From a virus (lineage: Duplodnaviria; Caudoviricetes): a stretch of 64,000 nucleotides of DNA. Each line of letters starts with the position of its first letter. Position 1 is the stretch's first letter. The notes under the pieces were generated by a model. It was not told the DNA's origin. It made no database searches and was given only the letters and a program-made list of their open reading frames with translations. Below are positions 48,501-58,349 of the stretch, one piece after another. The translations under genes and the position numbers were made by a program. The DNA lies in IMG/VR virus record IMGVR_UViG_3300033979_000663, positions 1-64,000 of that record. One strand, given 5' to 3'.

Positions 48501-49753
48501 ATAAGTAGTTGCATAGGGTTTCTTGGTTTATCTTTCCCATTGCTAACCATTGATTGATTGCGGATAGCCACTGACTAACGATAAAAAACTTCCTTGAGAA
48601 CCTTTGGGTCATTGCTCTCTGTCTACTGGATGTCAATTGATAATGGGCGATCGCTATTTTTTGGTTTTTGTTTCAAAATATAAAGTAGTGAAATATACCT
48701 GTTTGCTCAAGCTGATCAGTGCGTATGAAAATAGCGGATGGAGTGTATCGAAAATTGACACCCCTGTCGGGGGTAGTAGCCTGATATTCACTTGATTACT
48801 GATAGCAAGTTGCAACCTCAAAAGGACAGTGAATGTACGATATCTACTATTTGATAATCGGGATATATTAAGAGGGTCAAGAGATAAAGAGGAACACACA
48901 CAACGACATAGACTAGATCCCGCGTTATTCAAGTATGCTCATAACGCGATCGCTCATTAGTTAGCCATACTCACTGACATTATATACGGTATTGTCAGTG
49001 ATCTACGATCAGCCGTATAAATCATACAATCTATGGAGGGCGGTTATAAGCTTAGCTCTGCCATAGGAATCTAGAAGCACCATCATAAGATCCGGTATGC
49101 GCAATCGTACCGGGTGACGGTCCAGCCTACCTAGGGAAACGAAGCAGAATTACCTAGGGATGTAGGTGGTGTGCTGCCGCGTGGCAATTCTTGTATGATG
49201 ATCTCTACTACTATCACGCGACCCATGTACATTTTTGTGTACCTCTGGTAATATATGGCCATATACGGTAAGCTACAATATTCGTATTTTACGACGCGAT
49301 CGCTGTATTTTTACAGTGAGTGACAATCGTTGAGTAAAATAACGGTATAAAGTAGAGGGTTGGGTTATTAATTATCCCTGTTTTCCCCTAGCCTAAAAAA
49401 CTAGAATCTATATGGTATCAAAATGCTTAACTACACGCCGCATAAGCGGAGGGTTGGTAGGAGGGTGGTAGTTAAGCATTAAAATTAAACTTAATAACGG
49501 TAAAAAAACTGTTATTAAGTTGAGTAAATGAAGTAAATAAAACCGCGATCATAGTTAATAATACTACTAATGCGATCGCTAACAAGTCATCACTACACAA
49601 CTTAATAACAACTGAGGGCGTTAGGTTTCCTATTCCTAGCGTCCTATTTTTTTTCTTCAAAAGATTTCACTAGCTTATGGCTATCTGTAGTCTTGTGGAC
49701 TACCCAACCGTACAAAACGGTTCGGTTTACCGTACCAAATAGGAGTAAAGATC

Positions 49754-50404
49754 ATGCCTGCTAGTTTATTGATGACAAAATCTGATGACAAAGCACAGAC
49801 CGTTGTAACCATCAATGGGTCTGGCATATATTATCAGGAACTCCGATTGGGCGATCGCCCTATGAGTGGCAGGGTTCGCATCGGCAAGCTTGTCCTCATT
49901 GATGGTGAGGTCATGGCAGAATATGACGAATTGACGATATATGATGCTCTTTTGTCTAATAGAGTAGACATTGAGAAAAAACTTGCGGCTGTTAATGCAC
50001 TGCTCAAAGAAAATGCTACAGATGAGCGTAGGTTAGTAGCAGACAATCTTGCGATCGCTTTGGACAAGATAACTGAGGTTATTAATGAGAATCCTACTCA
50101 CAGACTGCAATCGCTTAATGCTAAGGTTTTCCAATCGGTTGATCGGCTACTGGACAAAGTGAGATATCGCCATAAGCACGTCAAGGGCGAGAAAATTTCA
50201 TTCACCCATTACCCTACCCGTGCGTATTTTCTTCAGAAACAAGCCGAAGATTTACTTAAACGCCGCAATGAAGCTCTAGAAGCTTCCGGCAGAGAGGACG
50301 GCTATCTTGACTTTGACGGTGCAATGCTCATAATTGAGCGTCGGTACGCTGAAAATACAGCAGCTAAAACCAAGAAAAAAGCCAAAGCGGCTGTAGCTGT
50401 ATAG
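49754..50404 (+). CDS. Hypothetical protein
   Basis: AGGAG SD; first gene of the rightward arm. Confidence 0.65.
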   Translation: MPASLLMTKSDDKAQTVVTINGSGIYYQELRLGDRPMSGRVRIGKLVLIDGEVMAEYDELTIYDALLSNRVDIEKKLAAVNALLKENATDERRLVADNLAIALDKITEVINENPTHRLQSLNAKVFQSVDRLLDKVRYRHKHVKGEKISFTHYPTRAYFLQKQAEDLLKRRNEALEASGREDGYLDFDGAMLIIERRYAENTAAKTKKKAKAAVAV

Positions 50405-50468
50405 GATGCCGCGATCGCACCACCTCAGAGTCGGAGTGCGATCGCCTGTTCACTTACTAAGGATAATT

Positions 50469-51041
50469 ATGGTCAAAAAACCTATCAATTCCAAGATTGT
50501 AAACTCTGAAATTAATCAGAGAATTGAAAAATACCGCGATCCATCTATTAATGCTGATGGCAGTGTTGACTGTAGAAAAAATATTACACCCGTTACAGAA
50601 CGGGTACGGGTTTTAAAACCTGTCAGTCGTAAAGCTGATGGGCAATACACCCGTGAAACAAGTTATCAACCCAAGTTTAAGTTAGTCATATACCCCTATG
50701 ACGAGAGACACATATATAGACGGGATTTAAAAACAGGACTTGAAGTAGCCATTGTTGAGAAGGTTGACGGGGAATGGTTTCCCTGCGTCATCCTCAGAGA
50801 GACGGAAATACAGCAACTTCGGTCTTTCCCCGGTGCTGCCGGGCTAGACATTGACAATGCGATCGCCACGAAGGATCGCTGTAAAGTCAAGGTGCAAGAA
50901 CCCATGAGTAAAAACGTGGGTGGCAGATGTACACCCAAGGGTAAATCAAAGAAGGGCTATTCTAAGCCCCGTACTAACAATAAATTCAAGAAAATGATGT
51001 CCTCTATTGAGGTACATAATGCCCACAAGAAGGGCAAATAA
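50469..51041 (+). CDS. Hypothetical basic protein
   Basis: AAGGA SD before ATG 50469. Confidence 0.6.
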   Translation: MVKKPINSKIVNSEINQRIEKYRDPSINADGSVDCRKNITPVTERVRVLKPVSRKADGQYTRETSYQPKFKLVIYPYDERHIYRRDLKTGLEVAIVEKVDGEWFPCVILRETEIQQLRSFPGAAGLDIDNAIATKDRCKVKVQEPMSKNVGGRCTPKGKSKKGYSKPRTNNKFKKMMSSIEVHNAHKKGK

Positions 51042-51344
51042 TCCCTGTTCGATTCGATTATTTGATTAATCCCTGTATAAATATATGACCCTGACTGGGT
51101 TATCTCAGTGGAAACATTGAAAATAACCCAGTCAAAATACAATGGGTGCATTGATTAATGCTACTCAGTGGCGATCGCAGTCCCCCAATGGTAGCTAATT
51201 CCGATTGGCTCTCATTGGGGGATTTTGTTTACACCCGTTGCGATTATGGAGCGATCGCATATTGATAATCCCCACAGGAAACTAACACTGGTTGGTTCTC
51301 TGTGGGGTTTATTAATGGAATCAAAATTTGTTAGCCAGAAGTGG

Positions 51345-51373
51345 TTGACAAATGATTGATCCATTGATATAAC
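51345..51373 (+). promoter_or_regulatory. Sigma70-type early promoter
   Basis: TTGACA-17-TATAAC with a TG extension. Confidence 0.65.
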
Positions 51374-51485
51374 TAGATTATTGAATCGAAGAGCAATAAT
51401 CTTAAATCAAAAGGCAGGATGCGTCCTGAAGAAACTAACATCCTGCCTCAAGTTCATTACAAATAAACTTAATGGAGATCGTACC

Positions 51486-53258
51486 ATGTCTTTAACAGCA
51501 ACCCGGTTCAGTCGCGCTTTTTCATCCTCCGAATATTCTGCCGTCCTCTCTTTAGAGGAAGCCCTCTTTGAAGAGGGCTATGAATGGGACGGACGAGACT
51601 TGATCCAGTTGGATGATCAAGGTTCACGTCCCGCGACCGATGGAGATTTATCTTATCTCCGCGAACTGTTCTGGCACGAAGGTGTCAGAGGACAGGATTT
51701 AAAGGAAGCGATCGCGTCTTTGAACTTAACCAAAGGAGGACAAAGAATCCTCCATGAAGCAGTCCGCGACTACAACGGGAAACCGTTGACGGATTACGTT
51801 GCCAAGTACCACTTCAGGAAGAAGTTGGTGTTATGGCAAGCCAACGATGCCAACAACGATGATTTCAGAGTTTCGCAGCCCTTGATAAACTGCGGTTATT
51901 GGCATGACGGCACAGAATTTAAGGATGAGGCTGATACTCTTTGGAACTATGGTATCCATTGGATAGGGGATGCTGTTAAAGTCTATGAACTAATCCCCCA
52001 TGTATGGACAAAAGGACGTAGCTTAAATAGCCCATACCAAGTGAACCTTGACCAGGTCGTCCTAGTGGCGACAAATCCGAACTATCGCAACTTGCCCTTA
52101 TGGGCAAAGATTCAAGTTATCAGAGGAAACCATGCCTCATCCCGTCCTGGGGATGTTTGGCGCACTTTAATGCCAGCATTAAAAGCTTGGAAGTGGGACA
52201 ACTCCATCCCCAAAAGATTCGCTAAACGACTCGGTGAAATGTCTCCCAAGTATCGTGCTTTGGGCGCGATCGCGTGGTCAATGTGTGATTCCAATAAATC
52301 CGATTTCTGGAATAAATTCCAGGAATTAAGCCTTCATCCCACGAAGGCTATCAGTCCCCTACTGTGGGGAGATTTTTCTGTTTACCAACGAAATAGATCC
52401 TTAGAAATTTTGTGGGGATTACCCCACAAACACCTCGATACAAACGACGGCATGGTTCAGTTGTCGCATTATTACGACGACTGGCATAAGTACGAAATAA
52501 TAGCGAAGTACGGCGGCGGTTCTGCTGCCGTATGCCGCACCTTGTTTGGTTGTGGCGGCAAACAGGTTCAACGCCTGTTCCAATCTTCATCCTTCAACCA
52601 GAGGAAATGGGCGATCGCGATCGCTTACGGTAAAGAGGATTTAGTTCAAAAGTATCTCGCCTCTGATTGTGTCCCCTATCAAGAGGACGCAGTTAATTTT
52701 CTCAAGTTCTTGGGCGAAAAGCCCGCACTGAGAATGGCGCAAACAACCACAATGACCCTGCGTGGTAAATCGCAGGATGTCACCGGTGATTATATCCGTG
52801 ACACTGGCTATCTTTTCAACCAGTTACAAAACAGTGGTGTGTCCCCCGATTTGGGGCGCGTCCGCTGCTGGTTTAGCACTCACGAACTCCTTGCTAAGGA
52901 GTATGTCAAAATCCTTCCCGACTTCGAGCTTCGGGTTAATCCCGACTTCGCCCCCTTAGATGGGTTGTCTAGCTTAGATATGTCCTGGGAAATCGAGATT
53001 CCCAAGCACCAACACCAGTTAAAACGTTACGGTGAGATCCTATCTCACTGTGTTGGCGGCTATGGTGCTGCCGTCAACCAAGGAAGTAGCGTAATTGTTG
53101 CGGTCTATTTCCAAGGTGTCCTCAAGTATACTCTTGAGTTCGTAAAAGGCGATCGCGCCTACCGCTGCAATCAGTTTTACGGATTCAGGAACTCTCACCC
53201 TAGTGAGAGCGATCGCTCCGTAGTCCTGAATATGTTCCAGCAAGCCAAGCTCATCTGA
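51486..53258 (+). CDS. PcfJ-like domain protein
   Basis: C-terminal L..YG..LSHCVGGY...V...TLE...QFYGFRN motif; GGAG SD. Confidence 0.7.
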   Translation: MSLTATRFSRAFSSSEYSAVLSLEEALFEEGYEWDGRDLIQLDDQGSRPATDGDLSYLRELFWHEGVRGQDLKEAIASLNLTKGGQRILHEAVRDYNGKPLTDYVAKYHFRKKLVLWQANDANNDDFRVSQPLINCGYWHDGTEFKDEADTLWNYGIHWIGDAVKVYELIPHVWTKGRSLNSPYQVNLDQVVLVATNPNYRNLPLWAKIQVIRGNHASSRPGDVWRTLMPALKAWKWDNSIPKRFAKRLGEMSPKYRALGAIAWSMCDSNKSDFWNKFQELSLHPTKAISPLLWGDFSVYQRNRSLEILWGLPHKHLDTNDGMVQLSHYYDDWHKYEIIAKYGGGSAAVCRTLFGCGGKQVQRLFQSSSFNQRKWAIAIAYGKEDLVQKYLASDCVPYQEDAVNFLKFLGEKPALRMAQTTTMTLRGKSQDVTGDYIRDTGYLFNQLQNSGVSPDLGRVRCWFSTHELLAKEYVKILPDFELRVNPDFAPLDGLSSLDMSWEIEIPKHQHQLKRYGEILSHCVGGYGAAVNQGSSVIVAVYFQGVLKYTLEFVKGDRAYRCNQFYGFRNSHPSESDRSVVLNMFQQAKLI

Positions 53259-53314
53259 GCCGCCTGATGAGGGGAGATGGTAACTCCCCGAAACACTCCC
53301 TTGAGTGTAGCGGT
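53259..53314 (+). ncRNA. Hammerhead ribozyme (type I), GUA site
   Basis: Stem I GCCGC/GCGGT, CTGATGA, stem II GGGGAG/CTCCCC, GAAA, stem III CACTC/GAGTG. Cleavage after 53309. Confidence 0.9.
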
Positions 53315-53467
53315 AAACCACTTTCACACCGCAGGAGTTAATTATGTTTGAGATTTTAACTGCTTGGTTAGTTCGGAAATTTAAGAGATAAAAATTTTAT
53401 ATCAGAAGTGATTGACCAGTGCTTTCACTTCTGATATAAATAGATTTTAAAACAAGGAGTAATTCAA

Positions 53468-53812
53468 ATGGAAAATATATCTTCTGTAGAGTTGGGTAAA
53501 ATCTTACCCTACTATCTACCTGTATCAGAGAAAAGGAAGATGTACGGGGATGGTGGGAATATCCCTGTTCATCAATGGGTAGAATCTGTCCACGAAGATA
53601 GCCTGAAAGGGCAATACGTGGATTTAAATACTGTAAAGAAAGGCAGATATCGCGGCAGTTTTGCTGCTGGTTATCAGTATGTTGTAACAATCCCCAATCA
53701 TGGGTTTTACAAAGAAAGGTCATTGCCACATCTTGGAGGGCGTGCTTTCCATAACTGGATACTAGAACCCAAATACATAATAGGATTCTGTCACACAGAA
53801 TCCTGGATTTAG
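53468..53812 (+). CDS. Hypothetical protein between two hammerheads
   Basis: AAGGAG SD. Confidence 0.65.
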   Translation: MENISSVELGKILPYYLPVSEKRKMYGDGGNIPVHQWVESVHEDSLKGQYVDLNTVKKGRYRGSFAAGYQYVVTIPNHGFYKERSLPHLGGRAFHNWILEPKYIIGFCHTESWI

Positions 53813-53888
53813 TGGAAATTATGCGATCCGACCTGAGTACGTCGTTAAACTGCTTCTGTGTACTGGAGAATATTTATCAAAAAACTAA

Positions 53889-53944
53889 TCCGCCTGATGA
53901 GTCCGAGTGGTTCTCGGACGAAACACTCTCTTGAGTGTCGCGGG
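53889..53944 (+). ncRNA. Hammerhead ribozyme (type I), GUC site
   Basis: CCGC-CTGATGA-GTCCGAG/CTCGGAC-GAAA-CACTC/GAGTG-TC-GCGG. Confidence 0.9.
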
Positions 53945-54092
53945 AAACCGCACATCATTCCTCTAAATGATGTTTGCTGATTAGCTTAGGTCTCATCAAC
54001 CTAAGCTTTCTTCGGGGTGTAGCCGAAAGGGTAAGCAAGTGAGTAAAGTAATTGAGAAGATTCTAGCTATTGGAGAATAATCAAAAAACTAA

Positions 54093-54148
54093 TCCGCCTG
54101 ATGAGTCCGAGTGGTTCTCGGACGAAACACTCTCTTGAGTGTCGCGGG
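54093..54148 (+). ncRNA. Hammerhead ribozyme (type I), GUC site, duplicate
   Basis: Identical to the 53889 copy, 204 bp downstream. Confidence 0.9.
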
Positions 54149-54216
54149 AAACCGCACATCATTCCTCTAAATGATGTTTGCTGATTAGCTTAGGTCTCAT
54201 CAACCTAAGCTTTCTT

Positions 54217-54309
54217 CGGGGTGTAGCCGAATTGGAACAGGCGTAATTCCCAGTAAACATGAACGATGTGGTGATTCTATCCATGTGGGTTCGAGTCCCG
54301 TCACCCCGA
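54217..54309 (+). tRNA. tRNA-like element or pseudo-tRNA without a recognisable anticodon arm
   Basis: Acceptor CGGGGTG/CACCCCG+A, D arm TAGCCGAATTGGAACAGGC, T arm GTGGG-TTCGAGT-CCCGT. The central 41 nt do not form a canonical stem-loop. Confidence 0.6.
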
Positions 54310-54461
54310 CCTGTCCGACCTGAGTACGTCGTTAAACTGCTTCTGTGTACGTTAATTGGTTGCCTTTATCTTTGGCAACCTTTTCTTCAAAGTCGAAATA
54401 GAAGCAATATCTATCTGCATGGGATAGCTACCCATGTACTGATGATGACAAGCTAAGAAAA

Positions 54462-54791
54462 ATGACAGATACAGATTTTTCATTGGAACAAGAGTTCCGC
54501 ATCTCCCACGATGGGAGACTCATCGTAGTTGACTACGATGAAACAGACGGAGAACCCGTCTGGTTTGAAGACGGGGCAAATGAAGTGTTTGATTTCTGGA
54601 TGGGTGAAGACCCTTCCGGGGTATTGTCGGCCATCTGGTATGACAAAGCCTTGTACTCGGCCAAAGCCAAGCCCGTGTTAGATACGTCCGAGCTAACCGA
54701 GCTAAAGGAGGGCGATCCAATGCTGCTCTCCCACCCAGAAAACTTTGAGTTCCCACTCCAGTGGGACTTAGTTCGAGGTTTCTTAGGGTAG
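54462..54791 (+). CDS. Hypothetical acidic protein
   Basis: ORF in the early operon. Confidence 0.6.
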   Translation: MTDTDFSLEQEFRISHDGRLIVVDYDETDGEPVWFEDGANEVFDFWMGEDPSGVLSAIWYDKALYSAKAKPVLDTSELTELKEGDPMLLSHPENFEFPLQWDLVRGFLG

Positions 54792-54795
54792 GGTA

Positions 54796-54993
54796 ATGCC
54801 CCTCATAATTTTAAAGATAAAGGATGGTTTCAATCTTAATAACCATCCTTGCCTGACTAGAAAGGCTGGTATTGGAAATTATCTTTTGATATGCCATATA
54901 CCCCAGCCACAGATACAAAGCTTAAAAATAGATCCTTGCGTTGAATCGTTAAGGATTGAGAAATGGCTAAAAACTTATTTTAAAGACAAATGA
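54796..54993 (+). CDS. Hypothetical protein
   Basis: Coupled ORF. Confidence 0.45.
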   Translation: MPLIILKIKDGFNLNNHPCLTRKAGIGNYLLICHIPQPQIQSLKIDPCVESLRIEKWLKTYFKDK

Positions 54994-55400
54994 ACGACGA
55001 ATTTCTGAAAAAGGCAATAGATTGGGCTTCTGCGAATAAGCCTGATGCAAGCATGAGCCACAAAGCAGCTTTCGCCAATTCTGTGGCTTACCTTTGCTCC
55101 GGCTGGAGCGGAGGTTATGGTGGACCCTCAATGAGGGAGCATCTTTGCTCTTGGGCATTAGCTGGAGATGAAGGACTGAATGAAACAGCAAGTCTCAATG
55201 GGCTTGCCATAACGATTCAATTCCCTGACAACAGGCTACCCCGCCCTGGACATTGGAGATTTGAGGAAGCAGTCAAGTTCTGCGAACCTCTCTGCTTTGA
55301 ACCAGCACAGAAGCATTTGAAAATTTTAGTGCAAATCTCCGAAAGAGAGCATTGCTTCGACGATGACCCCGAAGATATCAAAGTATTGCGGGGAAAGTAG
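54990..55400 (+). CDS. Hypothetical protein
   Basis: ATGA overlap with the previous gene. Confidence 0.6.
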   Translation: MNDEFLKKAIDWASANKPDASMSHKAAFANSVAYLCSGWSGGYGGPSMREHLCSWALAGDEGLNETASLNGLAITIQFPDNRLPRPGHWRFEEAVKFCEPLCFEPAQKHLKILVQISEREHCFDDDPEDIKVLRGK

Positions 55401-55692
55401 TTAAGTTAGTTAATGGCTGTTACTCCCTAGAACCAGCCAGAAAACTAACATCAAATCTTCTTGAATATGTGTTGTCGGTGGCGCGTATTCAGGAAGGGGC
55501 AAACATCTGTAGAGGACTAAAAAATCCTTACACGGTGTGCTGTAAACATCTTGCAGTTCAAAATCGTTCTGGCTACTGCAAGAACCACCGTCACCAGTCA
55601 CCTTCCCAAAAGGCGGCTGTGAAAAAAGCCAGAAAGTAAACCCGTCCATGTTCGATTCGATTATCGGGCATGGGCGATCGCAAACCACTAAT

Positions 55693-56043
55693 ATGACTAC
55701 TTACCAAGACCACTACGAACACTCGAACCCCCTGTTCCCCCTGGTGTCCAAATACGTGTACCAAGAGGAATGGGACAGGCTGAAAAGCCTGGGGGCGAAG
55801 ATTGTCCCCGAACAGGAGCTATGCCCGGACGCATACTTCGCGGGTGACGACGACCCCACCATATCTGTTCCTGTAATTGAGTTTAAAGGGGTCAAATATG
55901 ATCGCTTTATGAACTTGATCAGACAAGTTCATGGCGATCGCGCCGCTCAGGAGTTAATCAATATTTGGAACAAGCAATTATTGGCAGACCGGCGATCGCG
56001 CTGGTCAATCAGCCAGTCAAACCCGGCAAGTTGGGACAGGTAA
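55693..56043 (+). CDS. Hypothetical protein
   Basis: Start reassigned downstream of the palindrome. Confidence 0.55.
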   Translation: MTTYQDHYEHSNPLFPLVSKYVYQEEWDRLKSLGAKIVPEQELCPDAYFAGDDDPTISVPVIEFKGVKYDRFMNLIRQVHGDRAAQELINIWNKQLLADRRSRWSISQSNPASWDR

Positions 56044-56091
56044 GATATTCCTGCCAATGTTCGACTCGAATATTGGCGGACCCATTGGTAA

Positions 56092-57132
56092 TTGAAGTGG
56101 TTATTTCAGTTACCAATGGGTTTGTTTCCAGTGAGTCAACCCAATCCAATAGAGCCTATGCAAGCAAACGGTGAATTCTATCCCGCCATCCTCTTGATTG
56201 AGGTTTGGTGGGTAGGTAAAGATCAGCCCGTCATGATGAGGGCTGCTGGGTTTGTACCTAATGGGTACGGCGATGCTTGGGTTCGCCAATGTAAAACCCA
56301 AGAGGAATTTGATAAGTGGCGTTCGCACTCTCTAGCACTTATCAAAAGGTTCAATGGTCGGGCTCTTGATGTTACTCAATGGCGACCTAGACAACCTGAA
56401 CCTATCCCAACCCCAGTAGTTGACATGGAATCAATTGCCAACAAAATAAAGAAACTGTTGGCATTATCCCAGTCACCTAACGAAGCGGAGGCGATCGCTG
56501 CTTCACAAAAAGCCCAGGAACTGTTGACCCGCCATAATTTATCAATGGCGGATTTAGCTGACTCCTCTCAAGAGGATGTTGAAAGGTACGAGCTAGAAAC
56601 CTTTTCCAAGTTCGTTGGATGGAAAAGTCACTTGGCTGCTGGCGTTGCTAAATACAACGTCTGCAAGTGTATCCTGTCTGAAATCGAGGGGAAAAGTATT
56701 GTATTCATTGGCAGGTCAAGTAATTGTAAAGTTGCTGCACTGCAATATGAATACCTTGCTTCTACCATTGACCGATTAGCTAAAGAGCAGGAAGGCGATC
56801 GCTCTTACAAGAATGCCTTTCGATTGGGTGCTGCCGACAGGATATCCAAGAGGCTGGAATACTTGCGGATAGAACAAGAAGAAGATGGGCTTGAGTCAGA
56901 TGATGGCAATATATCAGCCATTGTCATCACCTCTTTGCACAAAAGACTTGAGGGTGAGATAGATGCTTTTTACAAATCTTACCTGAAGTCAAATAAAATA
57001 ACGAGTCGCGCAGTCAGGGGATCGTCATACTCGTCAAGAGGTGGCTATGCTGCTGGCGATCGCGCCGGTCAATCAGTAAGTCTCAACAAACAAGTTGGGG
57101 CAGGTAATCAGAAACAGTTAGGAGGCAGATAA
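56092..57132 (+). CDS. DUF2786-domain protein
   Basis: KIKKLLALSQSPNEAEA.AA..KAQELL.RHNL, YKNAFRLG and GYAAG motifs. Start uncertain. Confidence 0.8.
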   Translation: MKWLFQLPMGLFPVSQPNPIEPMQANGEFYPAILLIEVWWVGKDQPVMMRAAGFVPNGYGDAWVRQCKTQEEFDKWRSHSLALIKRFNGRALDVTQWRPRQPEPIPTPVVDMESIANKIKKLLALSQSPNEAEAIAASQKAQELLTRHNLSMADLADSSQEDVERYELETFSKFVGWKSHLAAGVAKYNVCKCILSEIEGKSIVFIGRSSNCKVAALQYEYLASTIDRLAKEQEGDRSYKNAFRLGAADRISKRLEYLRIEQEEDGLESDDGNISAIVITSLHKRLEGEIDAFYKSYLKSNKITSRAVRGSSYSSRGGYAAGDRAGQSVSLNKQVGAGNQKQLGGR

Positions 57133-57306
57133 ATGGAAGTACAAATTAACGTAAAAATGGACAACTCAGCTTTCGTTGATAACGAAAATGAGTTAAAAGA
57201 AATTCTGATAAAAATTGCAGACAAAGTAGTAAAGCAACAGCAGCTATCAGGTACGGTCAATGATAGCAACGGAAACCGAGTAGCTACATTCTCTGTTGAA
57301 GATTAG
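57133..57306 (+). CDS. Small phage protein, 57 aa (not in ORF track)
   Basis: GGAGG SD; MEVQINVKMDNSAF...NDSNGNRVATF. Confidence 0.6.
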   Translation: MEVQINVKMDNSAFVDNENELKEILIKIADKVVKQQQLSGTVNDSNGNRVATFSVED

Positions 57307-57486
57307 TCAAAAGCGATCGCCCCTCCGACCAAGAAGCAAGCGATCGCCTAGTCCACATCACAGGAATAATGAAATGAGACTAGCAGCAAAGTATATCTTG
57401 ATTGCGGTCATCTTGATCATCTCTGCGAGAGATGATCAGACAGGGGACTGCCTGAGACGTGGTGACTGCAAGAATTTGAGGGTAGA

Positions 57487-57981
57487 GTGGACAAAATCAT
57501 AAAAAGATCCTTCCCTGATCAGGAATGGAAATTTTTTGATGATGGTAAAACAGCCGTCTCCCAGACTAGCAAATTTACCATCAGAGAACTTGATTCTGGT
57601 GACTTCGTAGGGACGCTGAAGATACCAGCTAGTTTCTACACTGACCATTCCTATGAGGTCACTATACAAGATGATTCGTTGGAGTTCGTTTGCCAACGCT
57701 TCCTTGAATGGGGTCAATGCCGAACTGTTGACCATGATGACTGGATTGATCAGGCGATCGCGCTCTTTGGAGACAAACACCTCGATTGGCGGTTTAAATG
57801 CCCCAAGTGCGGGCAAAGCCAGTCTATTGGCGAGTGCCATAAGTGGGGGATGACAGGACTTCAACCCATGCAACTGTGTGGGAATTGCGGTCACTGCATC
57901 CCTCCGATCAATCCAGTAGTGATTGAGACAAAAGTTTGCAATCACTACGAACGAACCTATGTTTTTGAGTTTAAGGAGTAA
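57487..57981 (+). CDS. Zn-binding protein (VVA0879-like C-terminal part)
   Basis: WRFKCPKCGQSQS...CGNC...VFEF. Confidence 0.55.
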   Translation: MDKIIKRSFPDQEWKFFDDGKTAVSQTSKFTIRELDSGDFVGTLKIPASFYTDHSYEVTIQDDSLEFVCQRFLEWGQCRTVDHDDWIDQAIALFGDKHLDWRFKCPKCGQSQSIGECHKWGMTGLQPMQLCGNCGHCIPPINPVVIETKVCNHYERTYVFEFKE

Positions 57982-57983
57982 GA

Positions 57984-58349
57984 ATGGAAATCAGAGAACA
58001 GATGGGTATGGTCAATGATTACATTGGTTTTACTCCTGTTAATTACATAGCCAGGGATGGTTATGTAGTGGGATTCATTGACTTTACAGGTGAATCTTAT
58101 GTCGCAGTTAAATTAAATGATGAGGGAGTTGTGTTGAGCGATCGCCAACTCCCCTGGCACGACAAGATCGCCGCAATCTTCCAATCAAACTCCCAATGGT
58201 GGGGGGAAGATGGGGAAGATACTCTAGACTTTCTATGTGAGGGATTATGGTGCGCCGGGTTTATCTCCTTTGACTCTCCAGAGTCACATGAAATTTATTT
58301 AGAATTCTGGAACAGGGTAGCGAGCTACCCTATGGCGAACGGGTCATAA
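57984..58349 (+). CDS. Hypothetical protein
   Basis: AAGGAG SD. Confidence 0.6.
   Translation: MEIREQMGMVNDYIGFTPVNYIARDGYVVGFIDFTGESYVAVKLNDEGVVLSDRQLPWHDKIAAIFQSNSQWWGEDGEDTLDFLCEGLWCAGFISFDSPESHEIYLEFWNRVASYPMANGS

Larger units (their letters stand above)
53877..54231 (+). repeat. About 150-bp direct repeat, period 204 bp
   Basis: TCAAAAAACTAATCCGCCTGATGAG...CGGGGTGTAGCCGAA occurs twice. Confidence 0.9.

Noticed and set aside
54310-54360. Theta/HDV-like ribozyme after the tRNA-like element
   Set aside because: I could not find the nested double pseudoknot. Only the small pseudoknot-like repeat is present.
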